A stretch of 64,000 nucleotides of DNA from Tubulanus polymorphus (lineage: Eukaryota; Animalia; Nemertea): the NCBI RefSeq assembly GCF_964204645.1, contig NW_027437464.1, forward strand, positions 17,001 to 81,000, in the 5' to 3' direction. The notes beneath the pieces are model-generated. The model was not told the DNA's origin. It saw nothing but the letters and a program-made list of their open reading frames with translations, and ran no database searches. Position numbers and translations under genes: made by a program. Below are positions 39,900 through 54,273 of the stretch, one piece after another; positions within the stretch are counted from its first letter, which is position 1, and each line of letters starts with the position of its first letter.

Positions 39900-42553
39900 T
39901 GAAAACATTCGGTTGGTTTTCACGAGCTCGGTGATCTAGTGGGATGACGCTGCGCTAGTAATTTACTTGCCCGGGTTTGAGTCTCGCTCTAGCCGCTCTA
40001 TTTTCTCTACACTTTCCTTGAATTTTCTAAGTTGCGCACCTCCGTGCGCATGTGCGGCGTAAATCAGCCAATCAGCGACAATGTACGTTAAATAGCGGAA
40101 CTAAATGTCGCAGCCGAAACACTCCAATCCCTCTTAGGGGACCGGCGGCTGCTGTTCAGGGTCGTTCTGCTTTTGCCCGGAACTTGTTGCCAAGACGTCC
40201 CCTTCTACTTCCACTCTCTGTAACAGTAAAACGGTCAATGTCGGTCGACGTCGGTCCTCGCGTTGAGAACGGACAACAGTGCTTAATTCAGTGAACTCCC
40301 TACACAAACGTTATCGGTCGTTGTCGGCCCTCGTGTTGAGGACACTAGACTCGTCTTTCCCACGCGAACAATGTCGAGAGACGTCGGTTCCCGCGTTGAG
40401 AACCGAACGGCGGCATTCTCTTAAGCGAACGTGAACGGTAGACACGTCTCTATCGCACAAACGATGTCAAGCGATGTCGGTTCTCTCGTTGAGGATCGAA
40501 CAGCGGCGCCTCCTTAGCGAGCTTCTCGCACGATCGATCTCGGTCCTCCCGTTGAGGAACGAACAGCGGCGTCTCCCTAGCAAGCCTTTTGCACGATCAT
40601 AGTCGATCCTCTCGTAGAGGATCGAACAGCGGCGACTCCTTAGCAAGCTTCTCCTACGATCAATTTGGAGACATCGGTCAACATCGGTCCTCTCGTTGAG
40701 GGTCGAACAGCAGCGCGCCATTAGCGAGCATCTCGCACGATCCATGTCGGTCCTCCCGTTGAGGATCGAACGGCGGCGTCTCCTTAACGAGCTTCTCGCA
40801 CGATCGATGTCGGTCCTCCCGTTGAGGATCGAACAGCGGCGTCTCTGTAGCGAGCCTTTCGCACGATCGATGTCGGTCCTCCCGTTGAGGATCGAACAGC
40901 GGCGACTCCTTAGCGAGCTTCTCGCATGATCAATTTGGAGCAACGTCGGTCCTCCTGTTGAGGAACGAACAGCAGCGCGCCCTAAGCGAGCTTCTCGCAC
41001 GACCGATGTCGAGCGATGTCGGTCCTCTCGTTGAGGAACGAACAGCGGCGTCTCCTTAACAAGCTTCTCGTACGATCGATCTCGGTCCTCCCGTTGAGGA
41101 TCGAACAGCGGCGTCTCCTTAACAAGCTTCTCGTACGATCGATCTCGGTCCTCCCGTTGAGGAACGAACAGCGGCGTCTCCCTAGCAAGCCTTTTGCACG
41201 ATCAAAGTCGAGCGAAGTCAGTCCTCTCATTGAGGATCGAACAGCGGCGACTCCTTAGCGAGCTTCTCGCACGATCAATTTGGAGCAACATCGGTCCTCT
41301 CATTGAGGGTCGAACAGCAGCGCGCCATTGGCGAGCATCTCGCACGATCGCTGTCGGTCCTCCCGTTGAGGATCGAACAGCTGCGTCTCCTTAACGAGCT
41401 TCTCGCACGATCGATGTCGGTCCTCCCGTTGAGGATCGAACAGCGGTGTCTCTTTAGCGAGCCTTTCGCACGATCGATGTCGGTCCTCCCGTTGAGGATC
41501 GAACAGCGGCGTCTCCTTAGCGAGCTTCTCGCACGATCAATTTGGAGCAACGTCGATCCTCCCGTTGAGGAACGAACAGCAGCGCGCCCTTAGCGAGCTT
41601 CGCGCACGACCGATGTCGAGCGATGTCGGTCCTCTCGTTGAGGGTCGAACAGCAACGCCCCTTAGCGAGCTTCTCGCACGATCGATGTCGATCCTCTCGT
41701 TGAGGGTCGAACAGCAGCGCCCCCTTAGCGAGCTTCTCGCACGATTGATGTCGAGCGATGTCGGTCCTCTCGTTGAGGAACGAACAGTAGCGCGCCCTTA
41801 GCGAGCTTCTCGCACGACCGATGTCGGTCCTCTCGTTGAGGGTCGAACAGCAGCGCGCCCTTAGCGAGCTTCTCGCACGACCGATGCGAGTGATGTCGAT
41901 CCTCTCGTTGAGGGTCGAACAGCAGCGCCCCTTAGCGAGCCTCTCGCACGATCGATGTCGATCCTCTCGTTGAGGGTCGAACAGCAGCGCCCCTTAGCGA
42001 GCTTCTCGCACGATCGATGTCGATCCTCTCGTTGAGGGACAAACAGCAGCGCCCCCTTAGCGAGCTTCTCGCACGATCGATGTCGAGGGATGTCGGTCCT
42101 CTCGTTGAGGAACGAACAGTAGCGACTATTTCAGCGGACGTGTACGGTGGACACGCCAGCACACTCCGCCTTGGAAGACTCCAACTCCTGCTCCTGAGAA
42201 CTAGAGATTAAAATAAAAAGCATAGACTGATAGAATATGCCAGTAGTTTTATTACGACTGTCTCCCCGAACAACCAGTTTTCGACTGGCTAAACAACTCT
42301 GGAAGACGACTCCCCTCTGCCTGCGGACTACCATCCGGACCCAAGATGGCAGCACCATCCAATACCCGACTGTACAAGTTAAACTACCTACCACATAAAC
42401 ACTCAGCCGTATACGACACGTTACTAGATCTTGGTCTTATATTTCCCAATAAAATCAACTTAAGGTCTTAAGTTCCAAGTTAGTCTGAATACCAGTCGTT
42501 GTTACCGAATACCGGTTCCCTACAACCAACGGCTAGGTACTAGACCAGTTCCA
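39900..42553 (+). mobile_element. GC-rich solo-LTR-like insertion, duplicated copy (+63 bp)
   Basis: Paralog of 10254-12844. Confidence 0.55.
40466..42129. repeat. Same 63-bp array, copy 2 (one extra unit)
   Basis: The offset to copy 1 changes from 29646 to 29709 across the array. Confidence 0.95.
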
Positions 42554-43900
42554 AGTGGGCTAAAAAGATATGGAATAACTAAACTGATTTACCATCGGTT
42601 GCGGCAAGCTGACTCATAGGCCTATCTGTCATAAGACTCTCCATGTGGTTCAACTGCGGATTGATTGGAATCTTCCACACGACTTGTAGGCTTATCGAAT
42701 TACTTTATAGGCCTAAAGCAATTGTGTAGTAGCTAAAATATATACATGATCAGGGATGAAAACGGCCCATACTGAAAAAGTTGGAAAATAGGCCTAATGG
42801 AAAAAAAATTTTTTGGGAAACAAAAATCAGTAACTTTTAGCCAAAAATCTTACTTTCTTTTGGTCAAAATGTCAATAGTTTGGGCTTGAATTACAGCCGC
42901 TCTTTGAATGAGATGCCATATTGGTTTCTCCGACTCCACAGTTGTGCTAACTACTGCCAAAAGCCGGCTTAGGGAGCACTCCTAACTACGGAGCACTCCG
43001 ATGTGAATCCTTAGTTATGCCATCCAATATAAGCCTAAAAGTTCCACCATAGACCTAGGCCTATCTCTTCACAATCACACCCCCAAGATAAATTGGCTGT
43101 GACTGTGTTGGACTACCGGTGCCGACCTGATTACACCTGCGGTAGGCCTAAAAGCCTGAATTAAAATATCATGCCAAACGAACGAAATCAAGAGTAAAAG
43201 TCGCCCCAAATATGTCCGGTTTGTTTAGGCCTACTACGGTCCATGGGTGTATTGTTTGGCAACTGTTCAGTGACATAGAATTGGCCTACTGAATTGAATT
43301 ATTCAAAGAACATTCAATGAATCTATTGTTAACGTTAGGCTAGTTAACGATAGCCTAACCTGTCAGTGGTTTAGTTTCACGATCGGATATTTTCACAAAC
43401 CACACGTTGATATAAGCCCATCCGATTATAAAAAGCTTACCACCGACGATTAGGTAACTAACTCAGTTGATACGAGCAAAAAGATTTCATTTATCAATAG
43501 TACTTACCCAACAAGCCGTGCATAAACGCTAAACATAATTCCGAATCGAAACGACGATAATGGCCGCCACGTTGATGTGATCCTTGAATCTGATTGGTCG
43601 AGTCATACGAATCAATCTGATTGGTCGATAGATATATATCAAATCTGATTGGTCGAATCATACATAACGTTTCCGGAGTTCACCACCAGAGGGGTGTTGT
43701 GTCGCTACTCAACGACCCAATATGCGTTTCTGCCACATACGATATAATAATGTATGGGTGCTAACCACATCAGCTAAATAATTGGGGCCAAAATTATTGG
43801 GTCCTAGTCCCAATAGATAGAAAATGACCCAATACGACAGAGAGGCCCCAATACTCCGAGTCTCAGAATCACGCATGTCCCGATAAGTTGGCGTTTATAA

Positions 43901-44039
<139 letters not shown>

Positions 44040-45279
44040 ACCAGGATGCTTGCATTTTGACGTAACTGTTATAGCTTTTTTACTTTGTGTTGTATTAAGG
44101 TCGTATGTCCCTGGTAATCACTGTTGACTAACTAATAACAATTTTGCCTACAAGTTTGAATTTATATTCAGTACAGTACTCCGGCCTTGTATTTAGAAAA
44201 CCATCTGTAGAAAACATACCTTCAAAAGAAGATTGTCATTTTCAACGCAGTCTGTAACGTTTACTCCGTTGCTTAAGGTATTTAATTCCGCAATCAGAGA
44301 TTCTAGGTTGCCATTAACATTTTTCAGGTTGTTTGTAGGGGTAATCCCTAATGATGCTTTTTGTTCATGTGGTGGTAAATTCAGGAATTTGATGATTATA
44401 GGCCAAACCGTTTTCAAAAACATTCACGCCATCAAATGCCAAGCAAAGCGCCAGATGTCTGTTTTCATTTTCGAATTCGTTAGCGTATAACTCTTTCCAC
44501 ATTTCGGTCTGATGTAAAGTGTATATTCGGTCGCCATCTCTAAACGTACCTCCTCCGTGTGCGGAAGCTCTCCTGCCAAATTCGAATACACTGAAAAGTA
44601 CTGAAATGATAAAAAATGCTCAAGAAATAATTGAATACTAGGGCCTATCATCGTAAATTCTAGTTTTTTATTACCTTTAATGTATGGTATTATTGACATC
44701 CAATACAATTTTTGACCTTCGTCTCTACTCCTGCCGTAATGTGGGCACTCCACGATATCGTTTGTTAGCATTTTGCATACATTTATGCACACTTTTCTGA
44801 ATTTATGTTCCCAAACAATTTATCGATCATTCATTCTAAAACCTTTAGATTGCTGGGTATGGCATTGGGTTGCGGTAAGAATGCTTTAACTATTTGAAGC
44901 ATTGGATTGAATTTTCTTTCGATGTATTCGGATACTTGACGTACCATCTGGAAAGTATCCCAAACATCGTTTTCAATGTGATTTCACCACCTTGATGGAC
45001 GTTTTGCACTAGTCTGTTCACTAACGGCATTATTGCACCATAACCCTCATTTTCATTATCTTGTTCGCCATTCTCGTCTCCATCTTCCTCACTTTCATCT
45101 CCATCATCATCCCCACCATAATCACCACCATCATCATCTCCACCATCAACATCATCTCTGCCATAATCTCCACCATCTCCGCCATAATCTCCCCCATCAC
45201 CACCATCACCACTATCATTTTCAACTCTATCACCTATGCCATTCCCTTCACAGTTGTATGTATATGCATCTCCGCATAC
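44040..45279 (-). pseudogene. CACTA Transposase_21 (TnpD-like) pseudogene, truncated at the (TA)n tract
   Basis: Frameshifted segments CINVC...ECPH..R, EMWKELY..EF..ENRHLALCLAFDGVNVF, TVWPIIIKFLNLPP and LESLIAELNTLSNGV, preceded by a G/D-rich low-complexity stretch. Confidence 0.82.
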
Positions 45280-45470
45280 CTGCCAAGTGTAATAATCCGA
45301 TTTACTTATTATTTCTATTTATGCCTGCCGCTTCTGATATAATCATACATCCTTTACTATTACAATTACGTCTTCTAATGATATTCAATGCAACATAAAA
45401 TTTCGACGTTCAAATAGAGGTCATTATATAATCACAGCTATTCTAGCTAGTAAGCCATTCTACATCTTAG

Positions 45471-46342
45471 CATGGACGTATCCAGGAAGAAAGACATTAA
45501 ATATTTGGATGGATATATGAAAGCTGTGGGTACTGGAGTGTGTAATGGGTAGTGTAGTGTGATCTGTGTGCATTTGTGGCCAGCACACAGATCACATTGT
45601 TCATTGGGGTTTGGTCCAGGACTCGCGAGATTTTCAACACAATGGGCGTACTCTTTTATGACCTCCGAAGTCTCCGTCCGAAATCTCCGGTTGGCTCCAC
45701 ACAAAATCCGAATCACACCACCTTGACAGAAAGGAGGTTTCGGAGACTCCAAAAAGTCACGTGACCAATAAAAGAGTACGATTGGAGGCAAACGGATTCT
45801 CCGATCTGATAAAAGAGTTCGCCCAAGGAAGTAACGTGTAATAAATGATGACTTGAATTGCATGACTACCTACCACCCATCATTATTGTTGGAAAACTGA
45901 ACGTTCCGCACTGACTAAAAATTAGTAATAACATTTTAGAAATGGCCATAATTTTAACTTCTATCTCATTTTTATTTTACAATTGCGATTGGTATATCTT
46001 TTTTTTAAACGGCCGTTAAGGCTTCATGTTTCGTCTGCAATTCACTGCAAATAGTTACGCAACTACGCACATTTCAGTGTTTTTGGCAGCTGTACACTCA
46101 ATCGGCACCGTTCGTGACTAGCTTCACTGCGGAATTATCATTAATTAACATCGCCATATCACATCATCAACTTATATTGTGCCTTAAACCCCTAACAGCC
46201 GAAACAATTTAAATGCACACACGATTTCTATCATTGAAAATTGAGAGAGTGGCCATGTTTGTGTTCTGCTGCTTCGCGTAAATCCCGCGCGGTGGCGCAA
46301 CCGCGCGGAGTGGGGCCGATACGTCTAGTTTATACGTCCATG
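45471..46342. mobile_element. Non-autonomous P-superfamily-like element
   Basis: TIR CATGGACGTAT ... ATACGTCCATG with a perfect 7-bp TSD ATCTTAG; carries the 181-bp MITE. Confidence 0.78.
45644..45824 (-). mobile_element. 181-bp MITE, independent insertion
   Basis: Reverse complement of 7828-8008 in different flanking sequence. Confidence 0.88.
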
Positions 46343-49300
46343 ATCTTAGTCAATAGTATTTTGCCAAAAAGCTTGTATGTGTACACATAGACCTGTGACG
46401 CTTTGCACATCGATTTACGGTTGTCGTTGGTAAAATGACGCTGAATGGTTAGCATTGTTTAGGTTTCATAATGGTAACGTTTCATAAGGCGTCAAAAATA
46501 CATTTGAAGTCGGGTCGGTCGGGATACTGTAAACCGACCATTATTTTGGGATGGCCTCAGTTCCAATGTTAATATATGGGACATTCTACAAAAATTGTGA
46601 AATTCGGGTTCTAAAATAATATAATTTTTTAAATAGTGAAATCATTTGAGAATTGGAGAAAATTATACTCTTACGTACGCTTACATCTGGGAAAAATTTC
46701 CCTGCTTGGGCATTTTGCATAAGTGATGTGCATGAGCATCAACACACCCCCAGACGATCCGAGTCTTCGGTGTTACTGCACAATATGGTTACCAGAAAAA
46801 ACTTTCAGGAATTTTTAAAATAAAATTTCGCTCTGGATTACTAGTGTATTACGTGTATGATGTTATTAATAAGTTTTTTTAATGAATATCTGGCATCATT
46901 TTGATTATGTGGTTCTCATAAACTATTGTAACTAGTGCTATTTTAGAAAATTTGAGAATAAATTAGAAACCGCGTCAAAATACTTGTTCTATATGACATT
47001 TACTATGTATTGCCATTTTTAGCTATAGTAGGCGAACAGATTTCAGATAATGTATTTTCAACAGGCTTCCTATAAGTAACACCAAGGACTGGCCGGTATC
47101 ACCTAAGACATACTACACCGAGGACATCACAGAACCTAACCGTATAAGCATAGGAGTATTGATTTAATTTTGATAAAACGATAATGTATTTTTCTCAAAG
47201 ATGATCATTTCCAACATTCACATCTAAATAGATAACATTTTTCCACATTAAAACAAATTATATAACATTTTTTACAAATTTTTTGAAACATAAAAACACT
47301 GAAAAAAATTTATGAAACGAACGGTAACACCAAAGACATTTCACGAACCTAACCATGTACCATAAAAGGTGGATTCATTGAACAGATTAAACTTGAAACG
47401 ATTTTACTTTTCAAACATTCACATCTTAATAAATAACAATTTTGAACATTGCAACAAATAAAAAGTTTTCACAAATTTTTAAAACATACTCCTCTACAAA
47501 CACTAAAAAATTATACGAAGCGTACAGTAATTAATTTGAATTGAAACAATTACTCTAAATGACTGATCTTTTCCCAAATAGATTTTTCAAGTGAAAAAAA
47601 CCTTTCCCTTGCATCTAAAACAGGTTCTCTAGTAAATATTATGACATCCCTATTGTCGTAATAAGTAATATCATCTATCGGCGGATTGTAGAATTTATTA
47701 ACACCTTTTCGGTGCATACAGCGAATTTCACAGCCCCCATCTTCTTCATCTACAGAAACTATCTGACCAGGATACAAGTACCCATCAAAATGATATTGGA
47801 CAACACACCATCTACCTACATCAGACTCCTTTATAATGACAATATTACTGCTGTTATCAGTTAGTTGAGCGCTTGATGTCTTTGATGGTTGCTCAGCCTT
47901 TCCGTTTTTCAGTAAAGATTCTGTATGGAGCCCAAAACATTGGCAAACTTTCTCAGAGGAACAAATACAGCTTATATCACGCACAGCTATCACTCCTTCC
48001 GACACTACATGTATCTCGTGTATCCTCATTGTTCCCGGTACAGGTTTCAAAGGGTTTTTTGTAAGTTCCTGCTCAAAAGTGGTGGCTTTTTTGTCAATAT
48101 TCTTGCCATCAACGAAGAATAGCTTCACTGCAGACTTTCCTTCATTCAATAACCGGAACATTTTAAAAGCATCTTGAATATCATGTCCGCCTTTTACTAG
48201 CGCATCAGCTGATCTTTTAACGGCCGCTCCAATACCGTCGGCGGCCCCCTTTCCATGGCCAGATTCTAAGAAATGCCAACGAATCTGTTGAACCCCGTAC
48301 TTTTTTGGCTCTGTTGTCATCAAAAAGAAATTCGCCTTCTGCCGATACTGAGTTGTCGGTCCGTCGCTAAATATTTCAAGATGTGAAATCTGTGGGTGAT
48401 CTGCTTTCAGTTTTTCTAATACTGGCTTCAAATGGCACCAGATCGCAACAGGATCATGTTTTGTGTTGTCGGAAATTGTACAAAATGACATTCCAAGTTG
48501 GTTTTTCAGATAGACTACACCAGTGTGCAAAGACACCTAAGCGTGGGAGCCACCAAAATGTGCTGACTGTATTTCTGTAGCGTACTTGCAAACATAGTTT
48601 TCAGAAAAGTCACAATGAATTAATGCTTAAATTTCCTTCAGGTTTTCCCGCAGAGATTTGTATACAGCTAGTTGGTTAAATATATTAAAAATGTGCCGCT
48701 TAAATCTTTCCAAAAATGATTCAATTTCAACCATCAATTCCTCTTCAGTTGCCGATATCATTTCTTTCGCAACAATCTTCGATCCGTAATTATTCGTTTT
48801 AGACACCCATTTTTCATAAGTCACGTTTTCTGTGGTTGGCATGCGCATTTTGGTGACGCTAAAATGGACACACCTTTTACATTCACCATATGCACAGGCC
48901 TTGCTCTTCTCATCACACACCAGATCCTTGTAAACACTGTGCAGATCTTTCTCGGGAATTATACCAATTTGATGCAGTTTCTCCACCATATAACGCATGT
49001 TTTCGTGAACTTTACATTGACACGTTTCTCTGTCTTTCTAGGTAGGAGGGAGCACCCAAAATGGCCGGAGCCTACAAAAGTAACTGTAAGATACGTAACC
49101 ATGCTCCGAAACGAATTTTGCGTAGAGAATGCGCAGGGAATCATTGAGGATTCGACGTTGCTTTTTTAGTTTCTTGAGTGTTATCGTTTGCTTTTTCCCA
49201 GCAGTCATGCTTACATCATCTCTTTCAAAATACCTTCTAATTGTTTCCCTAGTTTGCAATGCCTTTTCTGATTTCCGGCGCACATTATTTGGGTAGTTCT

Positions 49301-50825
49301 CAGTAGCTAACACTCTATTGCTTAACGAAAGTTCTTTTCGAAAAAGACTGAGAAGTTTGTATTTTCTTATGAATGTCAACGAATACTTTCTTTTGATAAG
49401 TTCTTTTTTACGATGTTCTTTATTGTTGCGGTACTCTGATGCGAGTGAATCCTTCAGCACATAATACATCGTCAAACGCTTTTTCACTGCATTTCTGTCA
49501 TTTTCTTTCAGCAACATTCTAGCTTTTGTTCTCGGCGTACTTGGGCCTGAAGGTCTGTTAAGTCGACTTAATTTCATTCGTAGGGCATTGCACTTTCGTT
49601 TTTGTTTCATTAATTGTTCAGTTAACTTTTCATTTTGACGTTTCATGTCTGTCAAAGCCTTTCGTCGACTTCTCAATCCTTGTTGGGATTGCCTGAAAAT
49701 ACAACGAAATTATGTTTTTATTGGTCTTAATGATGAATATGTTGTATTGCTCAGTTAAAAAGTCGGCATGAAGGTCGTTCAAACATGAAGATCGGTACTG
49801 CTATTACGCATGATTTTATGCTGTGAAGTAGCTCTGGAAATATAGAGCAGATCATCTTGAAAATACTCTTAAAAGTCTCTGTCTCTATTTTTGTATCTAA
49901 AACGTTAGGTGAAATGTTGGTGCTATAAACTTACCTTGATGGCCCTGGAATTGGGTTATCAGGGGTACTTGGTGGAGTGAGGATTTCATTTCGACTTTTT
50001 AACTGAGTTCGATATTGACGTTTTGATCTTCTCCACAGGGCTGCCAACCTTTCAAACTTCCATTTAGGGATGAATGGCAGATTAATTAGGAATATTGAAG
50101 GTTTCAATAGGAATATATCGAAACCGAAGAAATTGTGACTTTTCCAAGTAGGAATATTTTGCTTTCAATTAGGAGGTTCGCCATGTCTTCAATCGCATCG
50201 ATTATACATCGTTTAAGCCGAGAACCAATGAAACAAATGCTCACATAAAAAAACGTACCGCGATTTTACATGAATTGGCTCAATGCCAACTTCATATCGC
50301 TAACAAAGGTAAACCAATAAGCAAGTTCTGCAGAATGTATTTTTTCTTTATTATTTTATGAAAGATGAAATTATCTATTAGCAAAATAAAAAATCAGCAA
50401 ATTCTACAGAATGTATTTTTTCTTTATTATTTTATGAAAGATAAAAATCAACAGTGTTTATCAAAAATATACAATAGACTAAAAATAAGAACATAAAACT
50501 GGCATAAATTGTCAAACGAATTACATAACACTATACAGCTGTCATGTGACAGATTGCAATATAAACCCTTAAAATGGAAATACTGTCCTGGCATACTGTA
50601 CATAGATTGCCTAACTTAAATACAACTACAGTCATGGGTCAAATTTCAACTCTGTTTTCATCTTGCTAAAATAAAAAAATATTCAAATCAACTATTATTA
50701 TTGAAATCTAATTTAGATTTAACTCCAGAATACTGATAACTCTACTAATTTGAGATTTTCACATTTTTTTCAGAGACAAGAGTCAGTCAGTATAGACCAG
50801 AGACATAAGTCACCATTCAGATTGT

Positions 50826-53689
50826 CTAGTTTGTATCAATATTATTCAAAGCATTATATGTCACACTTTTCACTTTCTTAAGCAAATCTGAGGATGGTTG
50901 AAAGTCTTTGCATTGTGTGGATGTTTTCATAACCATCAGTGACTGCAAGGTCTTCTGACCCAAAGCTGCTCTTGAATCCGTACGGTTCTTCCTTACGAAA
51001 CTAAAAATTCTTTCGCAGCCAGCATTACTGACTGGTACAAGCAATATATGACACATCACCCTTGGCAGCAATCTGAAACGTATCGACCCAACATCATCCA
51101 ACATCTTATGTATGATTTTCCATTATGTCTCATCAGTCACTACTTTTGATTTTTCATCGGCCCTTGCTGGTGGACTATGGAAACCAGATGGAAAATCATC
51201 ATCATGCAAAGTTTGGAAGTCAGCATATTCGATTTCCAAGTCATCTCTAGAAACAATATCTCCAAGAATTACAGGGAATCTGTCCATGAAGTATATCACT
51301 GACTGGAATGATCTAACCTTACGCATCAGTGGATCAGCTACCTACAAAAATTATTATTATCAATCGTTACACAAAAGTTGATAAGTCTATGAAACAATAC
51401 AATTACGAAAGAATAAATACTCTTTTGAGTTCTCAAATTCAATGAATATTTTACCTCAGCATGACTCCAAAGAGGCTGGTCTTTTGGATTCACCTTCTCC
51501 TTCAGGTAGGTGCAGGCAGCTGAATAAAACTTCACAACATCCTGATAGAATTTCTTCTTGGTTTCGTCAGTGACTGTTTCCACCAATTTCCGAGCCTCAT
51601 CCCCTATGAACAGGTCTTTTTTGTCTTTTATATTATACCTAGGGGTAAAGAAAATTATCATAAATACATATGCAAGGAGCTGAATAAAAGTTACATCAGA
51701 CAGCATTAATAATAGTTAACAGCAGAAGAAGTAGTGTAATGCAAATGAAACTCACTACATTTCTTTATGTAGGCCTAAAAGAATCTACTCCAGTGAAAAA
51801 AATTTATTCACTTACAAAGGAATTACAATGACACTGGATGGATGAAAAATACCTTGAGGTGAAATCGATTGAGTAAGGTGTACAACCCTGGTTAAATGCT
51901 GCTGGCTTGCATATACAGAGAAGTAGTCTGTACATAAGTCGCTCCAAAATTCGTTTCACTTTGTGAACCAATGCACTTTCAGTTTCAAGGTATCCATTTG
52001 TGCTCTCAAACACCTGTAAAAAAAGAAATCATAAGAGCTTGTGAAATAAAATCTTTTATCAGTAAGAAAGACCCTATAAAACACAAAAAAGTTTACAATC
52101 CTAATTATTTAGGGTTATGACTTGGTGATATAATGCTTACCGAGATCGCTTTAATCAGAAATGCAGTGTATAGTTTTGATGTGCGTCTCTGGAAAAACTT
52201 GTGTAATTTAGTTTTTATCGCTCCTGCGGTGACAGGGCCATCATCAAAATCGTCGAGAAACTCTTGATCATCATCTCCATCAGTATCATGGCCTATCTCT
52301 TTCGCAAAATATCTCCTCAGCGCTTCCCATTGTTCCAGCATCCTGCTAAGGGCTGGGCCCATACTGAGCCAGCGTGTAGCCACATGCTTCAGTATCGTAT
52401 GATCTGGCAGGCCGCATTCCTTCTGGATGGTTTGAAAACTTGCAGATCTTTTACTCGTTTTGGTTACATACCAATGCAGCTGGCGTAATAGATCATCAAA
52501 GTCAAATAAAGGCTGTAAACAAAAGATATGCGCACCGATTTCAAACGATGAAAGTATAACAATGGTACAGCAGAATAGCAACTACAAGTTTCTAGAACTT
52601 TAACTTTATTGAGTTTATGTCATTTGATTATGTGTAAACCATAAGGCAGCACGTGTAAGCTGAACGAATAAGGCTATCCTATCAGTTGATGAAAATTAGA
52701 AGATGGTGAAATTACTACATATTGAAAATGAAATCAAAAGTAAAATCTTAGTTACCTTAATGGCTGTATTCAGGCCTTTCTTCAATGCTAAATGGAGCAA
52801 ATGATTAACGCATCCAGCGAGGTGTACCTCTTTTTGGTGATCTCTAACATATTTTATTACACCCTTGTGTCTTCCAACATTGCTATTTGTGTTATCACTC
52901 ACAAGCGAAAGTAGATTCTCCCATGGTATAGCGTTCACTTCTATTTCTGCTTTGATTATATTAAATATTGCCTCTCCTGTGTGCGACTGATTCCATATTG
53001 GGTTAACTAACAGGTCCAATTTTGTTTCTAACTGTTCATCCACATATCTCACAACGATTGGATAATATGTCTCTTGTTTGTACGTAGAACCGTATACACC
53101 AAGAACAAAGGGAGATGATTTCAATCTCGATACAGTAGATGACACGATATCAGTCGCAACCGCATTCACAATATGAGTTGTTTTGGTGCGACCGCATTTA
53201 TAATTCGTAGCATTCGGATGGCCAGGGAACATATCTCTGAATAGTTGCCCAGCCTTATCGGAAACTGCGAGAGGTAAACTGTTCATAACCACAAAGACTG
53301 TGAATAATGTCTCAGCCTTGATCAAACTTTCTTTCTCCTGCGAAGTACTAAAAAACTTCGAGATTTTTTCCACATTAGCTGCTGACTTGGGTTTAGTTGT
53401 GGAAAAATGTTTTTTTTTCTATATCATTAAGGCCACCATGCGATATGTTGATATGCGAACCACATCTATCACAGTATGCGTAATAACGGCCTAGCGAACT
53501 AGGTTTAATAAAAGAATATTTCTGAGAATATTCGTTCTTAAACCTCTGCTTCGTTTTACTAGATTCATTTTCTTTGGTTTTTTTCGGAGGAGGCTCACGA
53601 TCGTCATTGGTGTCATCACCAACATCGGAGGGAAAAGGTTCTTCGTCTTCAACTTCAGATCCTGTTTCAGTGACAGTAAATAAATCCAT
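50826..53689 (-). pseudogene. Multi-exon hAT transposase (inactive)
   Basis: BED-like AYCDRC; YKCGRTKTT; SDNTN; GCVNHLLHL; TRWLS; C-terminal PVSNAGCERIFS. GT-AG introns. Frameshifts at ~53410 and ~51120. The first catalytic D reads Y (VYGST). Confidence 0.88.
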
Positions 53690-54225
53690 TTCTGTTAATT
53701 TCCAGCATTAATTCCACGTACAGACCTGAAAGATACAAACAGTAATAAGTCTCTAAATCTACATGCAACTCGATGGTGCTGCCATCTGCCAAATATGCGA
53801 ACTAAAAGTTGACTTTGAGATGCACTGCTCAAAAGCATCTTAAATTATCTTTTTAAATCAAACTAATACAAGAGTGACAACATTAAGGTTCAAACTAACA
53901 AAGCAATTGCTTACCGAAACAATTCAACCACAAATAACGAGTCCACACGTTGAAATCTAACCCGGATCTTCGAATGCTCATCGCGTTGCGAAAACGAGCT
54001 AATTACCGCAGTAAACCAATTCTTCTCCGAAACGATGCAGAGCAATTTGACAATAACAATCACATTTTGCCACATGTCATAATATTTTCACAAGAATGAT
54101 TTAAAACAACGTATTTTAAAACGAATGAACTTTATTTTGATTCTTGAAACAAATTAAGAGGCTGCTCTCCTACTACGAAATAATCGTGCGCCACGCGTAG
54201 ATAAAATCAATAACACAGTTACTCT

Positions 54226-54273
54226 CACACACACGCACACGCACACGCACACGCACACGCACACACACACACA
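54226..54273. repeat. (CA)n/(CGCACA)n microsatellite
   Basis: Read directly from the sequence. Confidence 0.95.

Noticed and set aside
45030-45398. His-rich, Ile-rich and Met-rich ORFs
   Set aside because: Alternative frames of the G/D-rich low-complexity part of the CACTA pseudogene.
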